64,000 bases of DNA from a virus. The notes under the pieces are model-generated. The model was not told the origin of the DNA. It worked only from the letters and a program-made list of their open reading frames with translations, and made no database searches. Positions 9,861-20,547 of this stretch are shown here, one piece after another. Where the stretch lies: positions 32,001 to 96,000 of the IMG/VR virus record IMGVR_UViG_3300019757_000003; one strand, 5' to 3'. Each line of letters begins with the position of its first letter. The stretch's first letter is position 1. The position numbers and the translations under genes are program-made.

Positions 9861-10626
9861 ATGACACTAGAAGAGTTTGCAAAAGAGAACAACATATCTT
9901 GTGATACTTGTAGTAAATGGGGTATTTGTGGTATAGACGAAGATAGAGACCTTAAAGGTGCATGGAATGGTTGTCCAAGACCAAGAGGTAGGATGTACTT
10001 CATTGAGGGATTCTTTTGTGGAGAACATGAGTTTAAATTAAAGGATTACAATGACTAAAGAAATGAAAGAGGACTTAGAAGAGATCTACAGAGATGCTAT
10101 GGATTATGGACCACCATACTTTACAGTAGAAGAGTGGAATGAAAAACATGGAGAAGCTCAGTGGAATGTTGGAGAATTTGAAGGGTTCTACATAGCAGAT
10201 GGACTTATACAGGTTAGATAGCTTTAAAGAGAATTTAGTTGTAGCTTCTACAGGAGGTACTACATGAACCTAGGTGCTTATGATAGGATATATAGGAAAA
10301 TTAGTAATAAGAGAAAAGCTCAGTAGAGCAAAAAAAAAAGGAATTAAAATGGGTAACTGTGTAGATGATTTTTGGAATAGTATAGCTGTCCAACAAACTA
10401 GAGCTGGTACAGGTGTGTCAGTAAAAACAAAAGAATACAAAGAGTATGAAAACGGAGAAAGATCTTTGAATAGTTTAGAAGATCCTTTTATAGACAAGTG
10501 GGGACATAAAGTTGCTGGATACAGTCGCGAAGAGTATGTAAAGAGAAACAATGATTAACTGAACAATCTTAATTCAGATAAAGAGTTCTTCATAAAAGAT
10601 ATACTAAAAGAAGAGGATAAAGAACT

Positions 10627-12477
10627 ATGAATTTAGTACCAAGACAATATCAAATTGATACCGTAAATCAAATTAAGCTAAACACAAGCAATATTTGTGT
10701 TTTATTCCCAAGAGCAGGTAAGTCTTTTATAGCTAAACTTATTATAGATAAGTACTTCTCAGATAAGAAAGTTTTACTTATCTGTGGTAGGAGGACAATA
10801 ATTCTCCAATTTGAGGAATATTTTAAAGATAATTTCTCATGGATACTGTCAGGTAAAGATTATGACCATTCAAAGAATGTATTTCTGGCTAGTTATCAAA
10901 CTATACAAAGAAGAGAGATAGATTACTCTGAGTTTGATTGTGTGATATTTGATGAATGCCAAGAGTTTGCTAATACTAAAACAGTTAAGAAACTAAAAGA
11001 TATAGTACCAACTATTGTTGGTTTAACTGCAACTCCAATCTCAGCTAAAAATAAATTACTTGAAGGTTGGAATAATTGGATTAGACCTATAACAGTGCAA
11101 TCTATGATAGAAAATAAATGGTTAGCTCCTACGAGATTCTTTTCAACACATGACACTATAGGGAACTTCTCAGGAGACTTGAAAAAGAAATCCACTGGGG
11201 ATTATACTGAAGAGTCTGTCAGACAAGTTATAGCTAAAGATGGATTAGTGCTTAGGGCAGTAGATTATGTTGTATCAAATGATATAGTGAATACTCACAA
11301 AGCTGCACTTTATATAAATTTTATTGATACTGCTGAAGAGATTTATGAGAAGTTACATCATTTAGGTAATGTGTTTATTTACCACAGTAAAAGGTCAGTT
11401 AAAGAACAAAGAGAGGCTTTAGAAGGGTACAATAGTTGTACTACAGGAGTAATACTGAATGTCAGGGGTCTTGCTGTAGGTTGGAACAGTCCAACAACAA
11501 ACATGATTATTTACAGTCTGTTAACACCTATACACTCATTAGCAGCACAAATCATGTTAAGAGGTTCTACATACTTGCCAGACAAGGAAGCTACAGTTAT
11601 AGACCTAACAGGTCAACTTATTGGTCAAGGAGCTTTAAATCCATTCTCGGACTACTCTGAGTATGGAAAACAGAAGAAATCTTGCAAAGATCAGTGCCTT
11701 GAGTTTGAACCAAACTCGATAGCTAGATTTGAGTGTATGAAGTCCTGTTTACCTAATCCTGATAGTTTTATAGTTTGTGACGGTAAACCTTCGTACTCTC
11801 TAACAGAAGATGAGTTTAAAACAGACTTTACTGTAGAAGGCACTCCTTGTAAGATTGCACTACCTTTTTGGAAGTACATATACACTCAAGAAATACCAAC
11901 AGACAGCATAGGCACAATTAAAAAGATAATGACTTGTCCAGAGTGTAATTGTAGGACAACGTACACTTTACATACTGTGACATCTCAACCTAGTCAAATA
12001 ATTGAAATGTACAAAGATGAAGTACAACAAAATACTATTATGGTACTATACAGTAAAGAAAAGAAACAAGCTTTACTAATAGTGAATGAACTAAGTAGAA
12101 AAACATATAAGTACCTTAAGGTAAAGAATCAGCAAGAGTTGTACTTAGAAGCTTTAAAAATATTCAAAAATAAGAAGTTTTCTATATTGTCTAACATACC
12201 ATTAAATAAGTTAGATAATGTAAAAGTAGTACCTAATATGAATGACTACGTACCTCTTATAGATTGGGAGAAAGATAACCCAAATGTGATCAAATTAGTC
12301 ATAATTCATAAGATAGAAAAACTCATAGAGAGTTACGGATTTAAAAAAGGTATGATTTATCATGTTAGAGGTTTGGTTCAGTTAAAAAATGAAAAACAAT
12401 GGAATTTGTTCTTAGATAAAGAACCAACAAAACAACAGTTCATGCGATTTAAACAGAAGATGGCAGAGGAGAAATAG
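10627..12477 (+). CDS. SF2 (ResIII/RadD-like) helicase-fold protein with a Cys-rich C-terminal region
   Basis: PRQYQ Q-motif, FPRAGKS, VIFDECQE, GLTATP, motif VI-like QIMLRG, CxxC clusters (CKDQC, CMKSC, CPEC). Confidence 0.85.
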   Translation: MNLVPRQYQIDTVNQIKLNTSNICVLFPRAGKSFIAKLIIDKYFSDKKVLLICGRRTIILQFEEYFKDNFSWILSGKDYDHSKNVFLASYQTIQRREIDYSEFDCVIFDECQEFANTKTVKKLKDIVPTIVGLTATPISAKNKLLEGWNNWIRPITVQSMIENKWLAPTRFFSTHDTIGNFSGDLKKKSTGDYTEESVRQVIAKDGLVLRAVDYVVSNDIVNTHKAALYINFIDTAEEIYEKLHHLGNVFIYHSKRSVKEQREALEGYNSCTTGVILNVRGLAVGWNSPTTNMIIYSLLTPIHSLAAQIMLRGSTYLPDKEATVIDLTGQLIGQGALNPFSDYSEYGKQKKSCKDQCLEFEPNSIARFECMKSCLPNPDSFIVCDGKPSYSLTEDEFKTDFTVEGTPCKIALPFWKYIYTQEIPTDSIGTIKKIMTCPECNCRTTYTLHTVTSQPSQIIEMYKDEVQQNTIMVLYSKEKKQALLIVNELSRKTYKYLKVKNQQELYLEALKIFKNKKFSILSNIPLNKLDNVKVVPNMNDYVPLIDWEKDNPNVIKLVIIHKIEKLIESYGFKKGMIYHVRGLVQLKNEKQWNLFLDKEPTKQQFMRFKQKMAEEK

Positions 12478-13625
12478 ATGAGATTTTTTAAATGGTTATT
12501 TGAGAGACAAGAAGAAGTAAATGCTACAGTAAAGTATGAAGAACTTTATGATGGGAATGGTAATCTGGTAAAGTTTAACCAAGAAGCTAGAAGAGAAGAG
12601 AGAGAAAGACTGCGTTCAGGTCCTGAAGCAAAGCAATTTATATGGGATATACTAGGTACTCTTAAAGAGATGAAAATAGATGAAGACTTACTGTACATAA
12701 TCCACAAAGAGATTATAACTGGAGAAATCTATAAGAAGTTTGAACTGCATGGAGTAAGAGAGTGTGATAAACTTAGAGCCTTAACTGGAATATACAATTT
12801 CTATAGAGTAAGGCAAAAAAAAATAAAAGTTAAGTAAATCAATAGACAAAGGAAATAGATGAGAAATCAATATTATACTAAACCACTGGTAAAAGCTATT
12901 AATGAAATGTACTTTAGAAAGTACAGACATATAGGTGAGTTAAAAGAGATAACCGAAGCTGTCCCTAGTATAGACATAACTACATACAAGATACACTTAG
13001 TAAACAATAAAATTAAAGATATTAAACTATTTAATCTACTTTGTGACTTACAAAGTGTTATTTGGGGGAAATTAGAGGATTTTAAATCTAACCTAGGTAA
13101 AAGTCTATATGTAAAATTAGACCACAGCAAAGAAGAAGTTACAGACGAGATAGGTAGTAAGTAAATAAACAAAGGAGAGGTAGATGGGGACATACGAAAT
13201 AGGAGAAGAGGTTAAGCTAAAGAAGACTAGTAGACCTGAATGTAAGGTCTTTATCAGAGGTCCAAGAGATTGGTGTTCTGTAGGATTTGCTCATCATATA
13301 GAGGTAGTTACTCCAGATGGGGAACCTAACCTAGTCTCTTATGCTCAGAGTGTTGGTAACATAGAAAAAATTAAAGGAGAAGTAGATGACAGTAGATAAG
13401 ATAATAGAAGATATTGAGAGTGGTAGTAGTACAGACTACATGAGAAATAGAGAGACAGGAGCTATATCAGATGAACTAGTAAAAGTAATGTCTACATTTA
13501 GTGAAGTAGTTGAAGAGTATGAGAGTAAGTACCAAAATCTACTAAGAATAATGGGTAAGTAGATGAGGTATAGACAGCTATCCGTAAGATAAAACTTACT
13601 AGAGAATACAAATAAAAGGATTAAG

Positions 13626-13970
13626 ATGAAAAGAGCATTATTAACAATAGGTACAGACTCAGACTTCTATGTACTATTAGATGGTAAAGAGATTGAACAA
13701 TACCAAGAAGAGGTAAGGATTGAGTTTGAATATAAAGATAAAGATGACCTACTAAATAAAGTGTATGAATATTGTTACATACGAATAACACTGGGTAGGA
13801 AAGATGAACTACTAGCACATTATTTTGGCTGTGATGTTTATGGTTTTCTTGCAGAATCTTATGATGAAGATGGGTGTTATGTTGATTTAGGTAACTACTC
13901 AGTAGGAGTAGAGACAGACTACACTAGTAAAGTGTATAAAGACTATATAGTAAATACTGAGGAGTATTAG
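13626..13970 (+). CDS. Acidic hypothetical protein
   Basis: AAGGA RBS, 114 aa. Confidence 0.6.
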   Translation: MKRALLTIGTDSDFYVLLDGKEIEQYQEEVRIEFEYKDKDDLLNKVYEYCYIRITLGRKDELLAHYFGCDVYGFLAESYDEDGCYVDLGNYSVGVETDYTSKVYKDYIVNTEEY

Positions 13971-14195
13971 ATGAGATGTGTATGTGGTTATGAGAGGATA
14001 CATGATTGGGATACTTGGGAACTAGAGCAGAAGCTTGAGGAATTTCCAGATTTTAAGAATGGTGATGAAGATTTTAAGATGAGTAATTCTACTATAAACT
14101 TTCAGTTAGAAGAAGTTGATTACTATGGAAATGGTGAGAGTAACGAAACTATCTATGCTTGTCCTAAATGTGGAACATTAAAGATAGACATATAA
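13971..14195 (+). CDS. Small zinc-ribbon protein
   Basis: CVCG...CPKCG. Confidence 0.65.
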   Translation: MRCVCGYERIHDWDTWELEQKLEEFPDFKNGDEDFKMSNSTINFQLEEVDYYGNGESNETIYACPKCGTLKIDI

Positions 14196-14209
14196 TAAAA
14201 GGAAGATAC

Positions 14210-14659
14210 GTGATAAACAATAAACTACTAACAATAGTACTAGATACTGAAGTAAGAGACTTTAAGCAACTAGATGACTATGTATATTACAATAAAACAA
14301 CTTGGGTGAATGGGAACTATCCTACAGCTTTCGGTGATTTTGAAGGTAGAATTAATACAGATACTCTAGTTAGATTATGTAAAGAGTGGATGTATGAGGT
14401 TATAACTAAATCAAAAGAAGTGATAGAAAACAGTTTTTTATCAGAAACTACAGTAACCTCAGGAAAATCTAAGTTTTTAAACAATAGACACGACAGAGTT
14501 ATGGGTAGAAAACCTCAAAACATAGAGTATCAATGTTGTATAACAGAGGTAGGTCATTGTAACAGTGGATTCCACCTATTCACAGGAGATACTGAATTAG
14601 AAGCAGTATTAAAAGCTACTGAGCGTACTATAGAAGATAAACTAAAGGAAAAAGAATGA
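14210..14659 (+). CDS. Hypothetical protein (LCKEW...DTE.EAV.KA family), paralog of 20548-20904
   Basis: GTG start at 14210 after AAGGA; shared motifs with 20548-20904. Confidence 0.6.
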   Translation: MINNKLLTIVLDTEVRDFKQLDDYVYYNKTTWVNGNYPTAFGDFEGRINTDTLVRLCKEWMYEVITKSKEVIENSFLSETTVTSGKSKFLNNRHDRVMGRKPQNIEYQCCITEVGHCNSGFHLFTGDTELEAVLKATERTIEDKLKEKE

Positions 14660-14925
14660 AAAAACTTATACTAACCATACTACTAATAGTAGGACTGAAT
14701 AGTTGCCAGAAATGGTCGGACACTAAAGCAGAGTTGCTTAGGCAAGGGTACACATACGAGATTGATATACCATCAAAGATGTATTATGTGTATTCAAAGG
14801 GAGTTAAATCTGCAGATAATGGATGTGCTAAATTAATACAACCAACTACACTAGCTTCAAGTCTTAAAGCTCCTAGTATAGTATGTGGTACTTATACTAT
14901 AACAGACCTAAGAGAGGTAAAATGA
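14656..14925 (+). CDS. Putative lipoprotein
   Basis: MKKLILTILLIVGLNSC lipobox-like signal. Confidence 0.6.
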   Translation: MKKLILTILLIVGLNSCQKWSDTKAELLRQGYTYEIDIPSKMYYVYSKGVKSADNGCAKLIQPTTLASSLKAPSIVCGTYTITDLREVK

Positions 14926-15534
14926 GAGAGTTAGACGATTACATGGGTCCTGATGGACTAATAGATTTTGATGCTTATTATATAGATAAAGCAACTTCTG
15001 AAGAAGAGATGGACAACTACTTAAGAGATGAGGAAGTACCAGATGCTAGAACAGTTTAAGAAAGATTTAAAGAAACTAGAGAGTAAGATAGGTAAGTATA
15101 AATCTATAACTGCTGTAGTACAAGATGGTTGGGCAAGCAAAGTTGATAATAGTACATTTACTGAATCTATAGTTTATGTAGAACTAGAAGAAGGTTATAT
15201 AATATTGGCTTACCTAGTAGGTAAATGGGGTGATATGTTTAGTATGACTAAGTTTAGTCTTACTAAACCTGAAGACTCTGATGAAATTTGGGTATTACCT
15301 AACTATACTGTAGTAGACCTAGAAGAAGAAATGGAGTATGATGATTTTGGTATATGGGAATTAGCTCAAGAGATTTATAATGAGAGTTACATATTTATAG
15401 TTAGAACAATAGATATAAATGATGTGACAAGTAAAGATATTAAGTATCTAGTCAAGTCTCTATGGGAAGCACTAAAACTCAAATACAAACTTAAGTAGTT
15501 AAACTACTTAAGTAATACAAATTAAAGGAAAGAA

Positions 15535-16251
15535 ATGAAAATAGAGATAGACAGAAAATATCTAACACTAGATGTAGACACAGTTTCAGAGGGAATTAAA
15601 GAGAATATTATAAGTAACTCAGGTTACTCGTACTTAGACGAGTTTATACTAGCTTATATTACTGTAGATGGTAATATAGTGTTTATTGACAAAGATTATC
15701 TAGTAGAGTCAATAACTAAAGCCAAGCTAGGTTTAGAGTTTTATGATGATGATTATAGCACTTTGTCAGAAGATTCAGTACCTTATATAGGTAGAGAGTT
15801 ACTTGTTACTATGGGAGAACCTAATGGAACATTCTTCTATAGTCTTATAGATGAAGTATGGAATATACTAAGAGAACAATTTGATAGTAAATACCTCACT
15901 TTAAAAGAGTTCACCAGTATACTAGTACAACCTACAGAACTAGTGTCTGTTAAGTACATAGAATACTGCAAACCTTACTTTAAGACAGAAAGAGAGTTAA
16001 TATCACATTTTACAAAGGAGTGGAAAACAGTAGCAACTAAAGAGTACAAAGTTATTCTTGATGTACTTGTAGATACTACAGAACTTGTACCTGTACTAGT
16101 AGAAGCTAAAGATGAAGCTGAAGCTAAGCAATTAGCTATTAAGAAATATGAAGCTAATCCACTAGACTTTGAACCTGGTTTATCAGATGGTAGAGAGGTT
16201 TATGTAAATTTAAACTCAATAAGTGAATGGAAAGTAGAGGAAGTTAAGTGA
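15535..16251 (+). CDS. Hypothetical protein with a C-terminal DpnD/PcfM-like domain
   Basis: KEYKV...VEAKDEAEA; the same motif occurs in 18028-18213. Confidence 0.6.
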   Translation: MKIEIDRKYLTLDVDTVSEGIKENIISNSGYSYLDEFILAYITVDGNIVFIDKDYLVESITKAKLGLEFYDDDYSTLSEDSVPYIGRELLVTMGEPNGTFFYSLIDEVWNILREQFDSKYLTLKEFTSILVQPTELVSVKYIEYCKPYFKTERELISHFTKEWKTVATKEYKVILDVLVDTTELVPVLVEAKDEAEAKQLAIKKYEANPLDFEPGLSDGREVYVNLNSISEWKVEEVK

Positions 16252-17144
16252 AAAATAAAGATGAATTTGGTGAAAGAATCAAAGCTTATGAAAGTGAGTA
16301 CGAACAGAGAATACCATATAATGAGTATATTATTGTAAGGATTGATGGTCATAAATTTAGCAGATTTACTAAAGGATTTAAAAGACCTTTTGATACTATC
16401 CTATCTGATACATTTAGAGAGATTACAAGTGCTTTAATTAAAGAGTTTAATGCTGTCGTAGGTTACACACAAAGTGATGAAATTACGTTAGTTATACCAC
16501 CTAACTATGGTAGACACTTAAACAATATTTGTGAAGATACTACTAACAATCAAATCTTTGGAGGTAGAACTCAAAAAATGTCTAGTCTAATCTCAGCATT
16601 TACTACTATGAAGTTTAATGAGATTCTAGCTACACAAGTAAAAGCTAGAAGAGATACGATAAAACGTTCACTTGACTATATAGATGCAGAGAGATTGTTA
16701 GATGAGATGCAAGATACTTTAGGCTATTGGAAACTTATAGACACTAAAAAAGTTGGAAAAGCTTGGTTTGATTGTAGAGTATTTGGAGTACCTGATGAAA
16801 CAGAAGCGTTTAACTCTGTACTATGGAGAATGCACGATTGCACTAAGAATAGTTACTCTCAATTTGCCTATGCTTATTGCTCACATAAAAGTCTACTAAA
16901 TAAGACTGGTCAAGAGATGGTAGAGTTCTGTAAAGAAACTACTGGTAATGATTGGAGTGAAACTGAAGAGAGATTTAAGTATGGAACTATTGTTAAGAAA
17001 CAAGACTACACTAAACCTAAAACAGATGAAGAACACTCACAAGAAACTATTAGAACTAAAACAGTATTCATTAGTAAGAAGTTGAGTTATTCAGAAGAAA
17101 ATGTAGAGTTTTTATTATGTAAGAAATTGGAGGAAGTTAAATGA
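16248..17144 (+). CDS. thg1: tRNA(His) guanylyltransferase Thg1-like protein (3'-5' nucleotidyltransferase)
   Basis: VRIDGHKFSRFT..F.RPFD, YTQSDEI, FGGRTQK..S, FDCRVF, WR..D..KNS, FKYGT. Confidence 0.93.
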   Translation: MKNKDEFGERIKAYESEYEQRIPYNEYIIVRIDGHKFSRFTKGFKRPFDTILSDTFREITSALIKEFNAVVGYTQSDEITLVIPPNYGRHLNNICEDTTNNQIFGGRTQKMSSLISAFTTMKFNEILATQVKARRDTIKRSLDYIDAERLLDEMQDTLGYWKLIDTKKVGKAWFDCRVFGVPDETEAFNSVLWRMHDCTKNSYSQFAYAYCSHKSLLNKTGQEMVEFCKETTGNDWSETEERFKYGTIVKKQDYTKPKTDEEHSQETIRTKTVFISKKLSYSEENVEFLLCKKLEEVK

Positions 17145-18031
17145 GTGCTAGAACACAACAACTTGCACATGATTTTGTGTATGGTAAGAAAGCTAGAGAT
17201 GGTAGTGATTACAGGCAAGTCTGGGTAACTAGTAATCGTCCAGGAGGATTTACTGGTAGACAGATGTGGTATGAAGAGAACTTAATCTACAGCTATGAAA
17301 CAAAACTAGCTCACATAAACAGAGACGATAAGTATATAGTTATGTATGAAGATACTAGAGAGAACTCAAACACTTCAAGAGAACACTATGATAGTTTACT
17401 AGAAGCTATACCTTACGACTATACTATCTACTATAGAAGAAGTGGTATGGCAACGCATAACATTATATATAAACTTGATGAGATAGATGACTTACTAAGA
17501 TTACAAGCTAAAGCTAGAGTAAGAGATTATAGAGATGAGATTGTTTTAATTATAGACAAACTCTACAACTATCTTCACTTCATTAAGTATGATAAGAGAA
17601 AGTCTGAATATAGAGATATAGCTAAAAGACTAGAGTTAATCAATTTAAATAAAAATGAACTAAAAGATAAAATAGCAGAATCTACTAGAGTATACGAGCA
17701 AAGACAAGCTAAAAAACGTAGACAATACAATCTAGCTAATCTTGAACGAAGACAGACAGAACTCTCCAACTTCTTAGAAGAAAACACGACTAAGTATGAT
17801 CCAGACTTTATAGGTGTCAGACTTAAGATTAAAGATGGTTTTCTATACACAGACAATCATATTAAAGTACTAGAGAAAGAAGCTAGATTACTCTATAAGA
17901 GATATACACAAGGTAAAACTATTATTGGTTTGAAACTAGATGGGTACACAGTATTACAAGCTAATAAAGATAGAGTTGTAATTGGTTGCACCACAATCTC
18001 ATCTGAAGAGCTAAAAAGAGTGTTAGGATGA
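17141..18031 (+). CDS. Conserved phage hypothetical protein
   Basis: IYSY.T..A, SNTS..H, C-terminal IGC..I...E. Confidence 0.7.
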   Translation: MSARTQQLAHDFVYGKKARDGSDYRQVWVTSNRPGGFTGRQMWYEENLIYSYETKLAHINRDDKYIVMYEDTRENSNTSREHYDSLLEAIPYDYTIYYRRSGMATHNIIYKLDEIDDLLRLQAKARVRDYRDEIVLIIDKLYNYLHFIKYDKRKSEYRDIAKRLELINLNKNELKDKIAESTRVYEQRQAKKRRQYNLANLERRQTELSNFLEENTTKYDPDFIGVRLKIKDGFLYTDNHIKVLEKEARLLYKRYTQGKTIIGLKLDGYTVLQANKDRVVIGCTTISSEELKRVLG

Positions 18032-18212
18032 GTAAAACATTTAGAATTGGAGTGTATGAAGAGCAGAGTGGTTCAGTAGTGATAACTGCAAATAGTAAAG
18101 AAGAAGCTGAAAATTACATCATAACATTACTAGAGGAAGATGGACTTGAAGGATTAAAAGACTTTAAAGTTATGGATAGGAGTTATGGTGTAACAGACTC
18201 TGAGGAAATTTA

Positions 18213-18578
18213 ATGCTCAAAGAATTACCTGAACCTAATCCTATAAAGTGGGAAGGTAAAGCATTTCACACTAGTAATCCGAAGTTCAGAGAAAACATTT
18301 TAAAAGAAGGACTGACCCCTCAAATAGGGGAGTGCTACGAACTACATTATGAGAGTTGGTATACATCTAATATGGGACCAGTTGTCTTCTTAAGACTGAA
18401 GGAAGAGAGTGACACACTACCTTGGGATAGTACTTATGATGACGATATTTGGGAAGTGAAAATGGATAAAGAAGTTAAACTATTTGAAGACCCTAGTATG
18501 AAGTTCCCACAAGTCTATACAAAAGAGATAATAAAACCTACAAACCTTAAGCTAATATATAAAGGGACCTGGGAGTAG
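18213..18578 (+). CDS. ADP-ribosyltransferase-fold protein (Tpt1/KptA- or DUF952-like)
   Basis: FHTS....NILKEGL.P, VFL, IWEV, I.P..L pattern of H-type ART domains. Confidence 0.6.
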   Translation: MLKELPEPNPIKWEGKAFHTSNPKFRENILKEGLTPQIGECYELHYESWYTSNMGPVVFLRLKEESDTLPWDSTYDDDIWEVKMDKEVKLFEDPSMKFPQVYTKEIIKPTNLKLIYKGTWE

Positions 18579-18587
18579 GTTACACAA

Positions 18588-18688
18588 CTAGCTAATGTCG
18601 GAAGCACAGAGTACTGAAGAGTACAGACTGGTAAGTCCGATTCTTACGATTGAGGAAGGAAGGAATGGTTCGAGTCCATTCAGCTAGA
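18588..18688 (+). ncRNA. tRNA-like RNA (acceptor-like stem plus canonical T-arm, non-canonical interior)
   Basis: CTAGCT 18588-18593 pairs with AGCTAG 18682-18687; T-arm GAATGG-TTCGAGT-CCATTC 18663-18681; no recognisable D-arm or anticodon arm. Confidence 0.6.
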
Positions 18689-18767
18689 TACAAAAAAAAG
18701 TAAAATAAAGGAAAGATATGAGTAAAATAGATTACGGTTCGCAAGAACTATTAGATAAGAAGATCCT

Positions 18768-19088
18768 ATGAATGAAATTAAAGTAGGGATGATATATCAT
18801 AAATTAGACGGTTATACACCTATATATATAGGTCGTAATGGAGCTAAGAATAAAGATGTTAAGAGATACAATCTAGGTAATCCTTTCACTGCTCAAGAGT
18901 TTGGATTAGTAGAATGTATAAATATGTACGAAGACTATTTAAGACAGAATATGGAGCTACTAGACCCATTAAAAGAGGAATTGAAGAAGAATAATATATT
19001 ACTCAAATGCTTTTGTAAGGGTGTTATAGACAACCAGAAACTCTGCCATGGAGATGTTATTAGAAAATTATTAAAGGAAACAATATGA
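18768..19088 (+). CDS. DUF4326 family protein
   Basis: IYIGR...LGNPF...Y..YL...L.CFC...CHGDVI. Confidence 0.85.
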   Translation: MNEIKVGMIYHKLDGYTPIYIGRNGAKNKDVKRYNLGNPFTAQEFGLVECINMYEDYLRQNMELLDPLKEELKKNNILLKCFCKGVIDNQKLCHGDVIRKLLKETI

Positions 19089-19358
19089 TAGACTATGAAG
19101 TAGTAGGCAAGATGTTTAAAATTACAATCACAAGAGATTGTATTATGAGAGTTAAAGTTCCAGAGGATACTCCACTAATAGATGTTACCCTATGGAATAA
19201 TAGGTGTAAGGAGATTCTTAAGTACTTTATGGAGAATCCTTATAAGGTTACACTTAGAGCTATGACAAAACAAATAGAGGGTAACTTAGTTCTGAGAGTA
19301 AATAACAACACAAAAGAACCTGTATTTAAAGTAGTAGGTACAGAAGTAAAGGAAATAA

Positions 19359-20480
19359 ATGGAAAACAATAAGAGAAAGTTAGTATCCATAAGAGAGATT
19401 AAAGATTTATTGCCTATTAAAGGTGCAGATTTCATTGAAAACGCAATTGTAGATGGTTGGGGGTTAGTCGTTAAAAAAGGAGAGTTTCAAGTAGGAGATA
19501 TGTGCGTATTTTTTGAAATTGATTGTTTCTTACCTATAGAAGAGAGATACTCATTTTTAGGTAAAACTACTGAATTTAGAAATGCTCAAGGATATAGACT
19601 AAAAACTATTAAGCTGAGAAAGACTTTATCACAAGGATTGGCTTTACCATTGAGTATGTTCCCAGAAATCAAAAGACCTAAGCTAGGCCTAGAAGTAACA
19701 GAACTACTTAAAGTAAGAAAGTGGGAACGTATTGAGAACGTACAGAATGTGCAAAAGTCGAGTAAAGTAAGAGTATTTCCTTCAGAGATACCTAAGACAG
19801 ACCAAGAGAGAATTCAAAACCTAACTTGGTACTTTGACAAATTACAAGATATGGAATTTGAAGAAACCTTAAAGTTAGATGGAAGTTCTATGACTTGCTA
19901 CAAGACTACTGATAAAACACCTTTCTTACAAAGAGTAATCAGATTATTTAAAACAGGAAAATACACTATCCCTCACTTTGGAGTGTGTTCCAGGAATGTA
20001 GAACTATACCAAGATAAACCTTTCTTCAAACTATTCACTAATTCAGATAAAGCCTCTGAATTTAGTACTACAACCTTTTGGGAACTAGCTATTAGAGAAG
20101 ATTTAGAGTCTAAGTTACCATTTGGTTACGCTATTCAAGGAGAACTACTAGACACTAAAATCCAAAGCAATCATGAGAAAGTAGATAGACCAGAGTACAG
20201 AATCTTTGATGTGTATAATATTTTAGAGAAAAGATACTTAACACCTGCAGAGAGGAAAATCTTCCTAGAAACTACTAAGTTAGACTACTTAAGTGTTCCT
20301 ATTGTAGAGCCAAGTATTAAGATATTCAAAAAATGTACTACAGTACAAGATTTACTAAAAAGAGTAGAAGGTATCTCTATGAATCCTCAAACAGTATCTG
20401 AAGGTAGGGTCTATAAGAGTGTAGATGGTAAAATTACATTCAAAGCTGTGAGTAACAAGTACTTAATGAAAGAAGACTAA
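19359..20480 (+). CDS. ATP-dependent RNA ligase (DRB0094/Rnl2-like family)
   Basis: RKLVSI..I....PI.GAD.IE, FEID, SQGL, PKTDQERIQN, motif I KLDGS, QGEL, FDV, EG.V.K, FKAVSNKYL. Confidence 0.92.
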   Translation: MENNKRKLVSIREIKDLLPIKGADFIENAIVDGWGLVVKKGEFQVGDMCVFFEIDCFLPIEERYSFLGKTTEFRNAQGYRLKTIKLRKTLSQGLALPLSMFPEIKRPKLGLEVTELLKVRKWERIENVQNVQKSSKVRVFPSEIPKTDQERIQNLTWYFDKLQDMEFEETLKLDGSSMTCYKTTDKTPFLQRVIRLFKTGKYTIPHFGVCSRNVELYQDKPFFKLFTNSDKASEFSTTTFWELAIREDLESKLPFGYAIQGELLDTKIQSNHEKVDRPEYRIFDVYNILEKRYLTPAERKIFLETTKLDYLSVPIVEPSIKIFKKCTTVQDLLKRVEGISMNPQTVSEGRVYKSVDGKITFKAVSNKYLMKED

Positions 20481-20547
20481 AGAGTGGTTCTTAGAAAGAC
20501 TACAAAACCTAGATTAATTTCTAGGTAAACTAAATAAAAGGATAAAG

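Noticed and set aside
18610-18660. Hammerhead ribozyme (CTGAAGA core-like sequence)
   Set aside because: No GAAA after a stem II and no consistent stem III.
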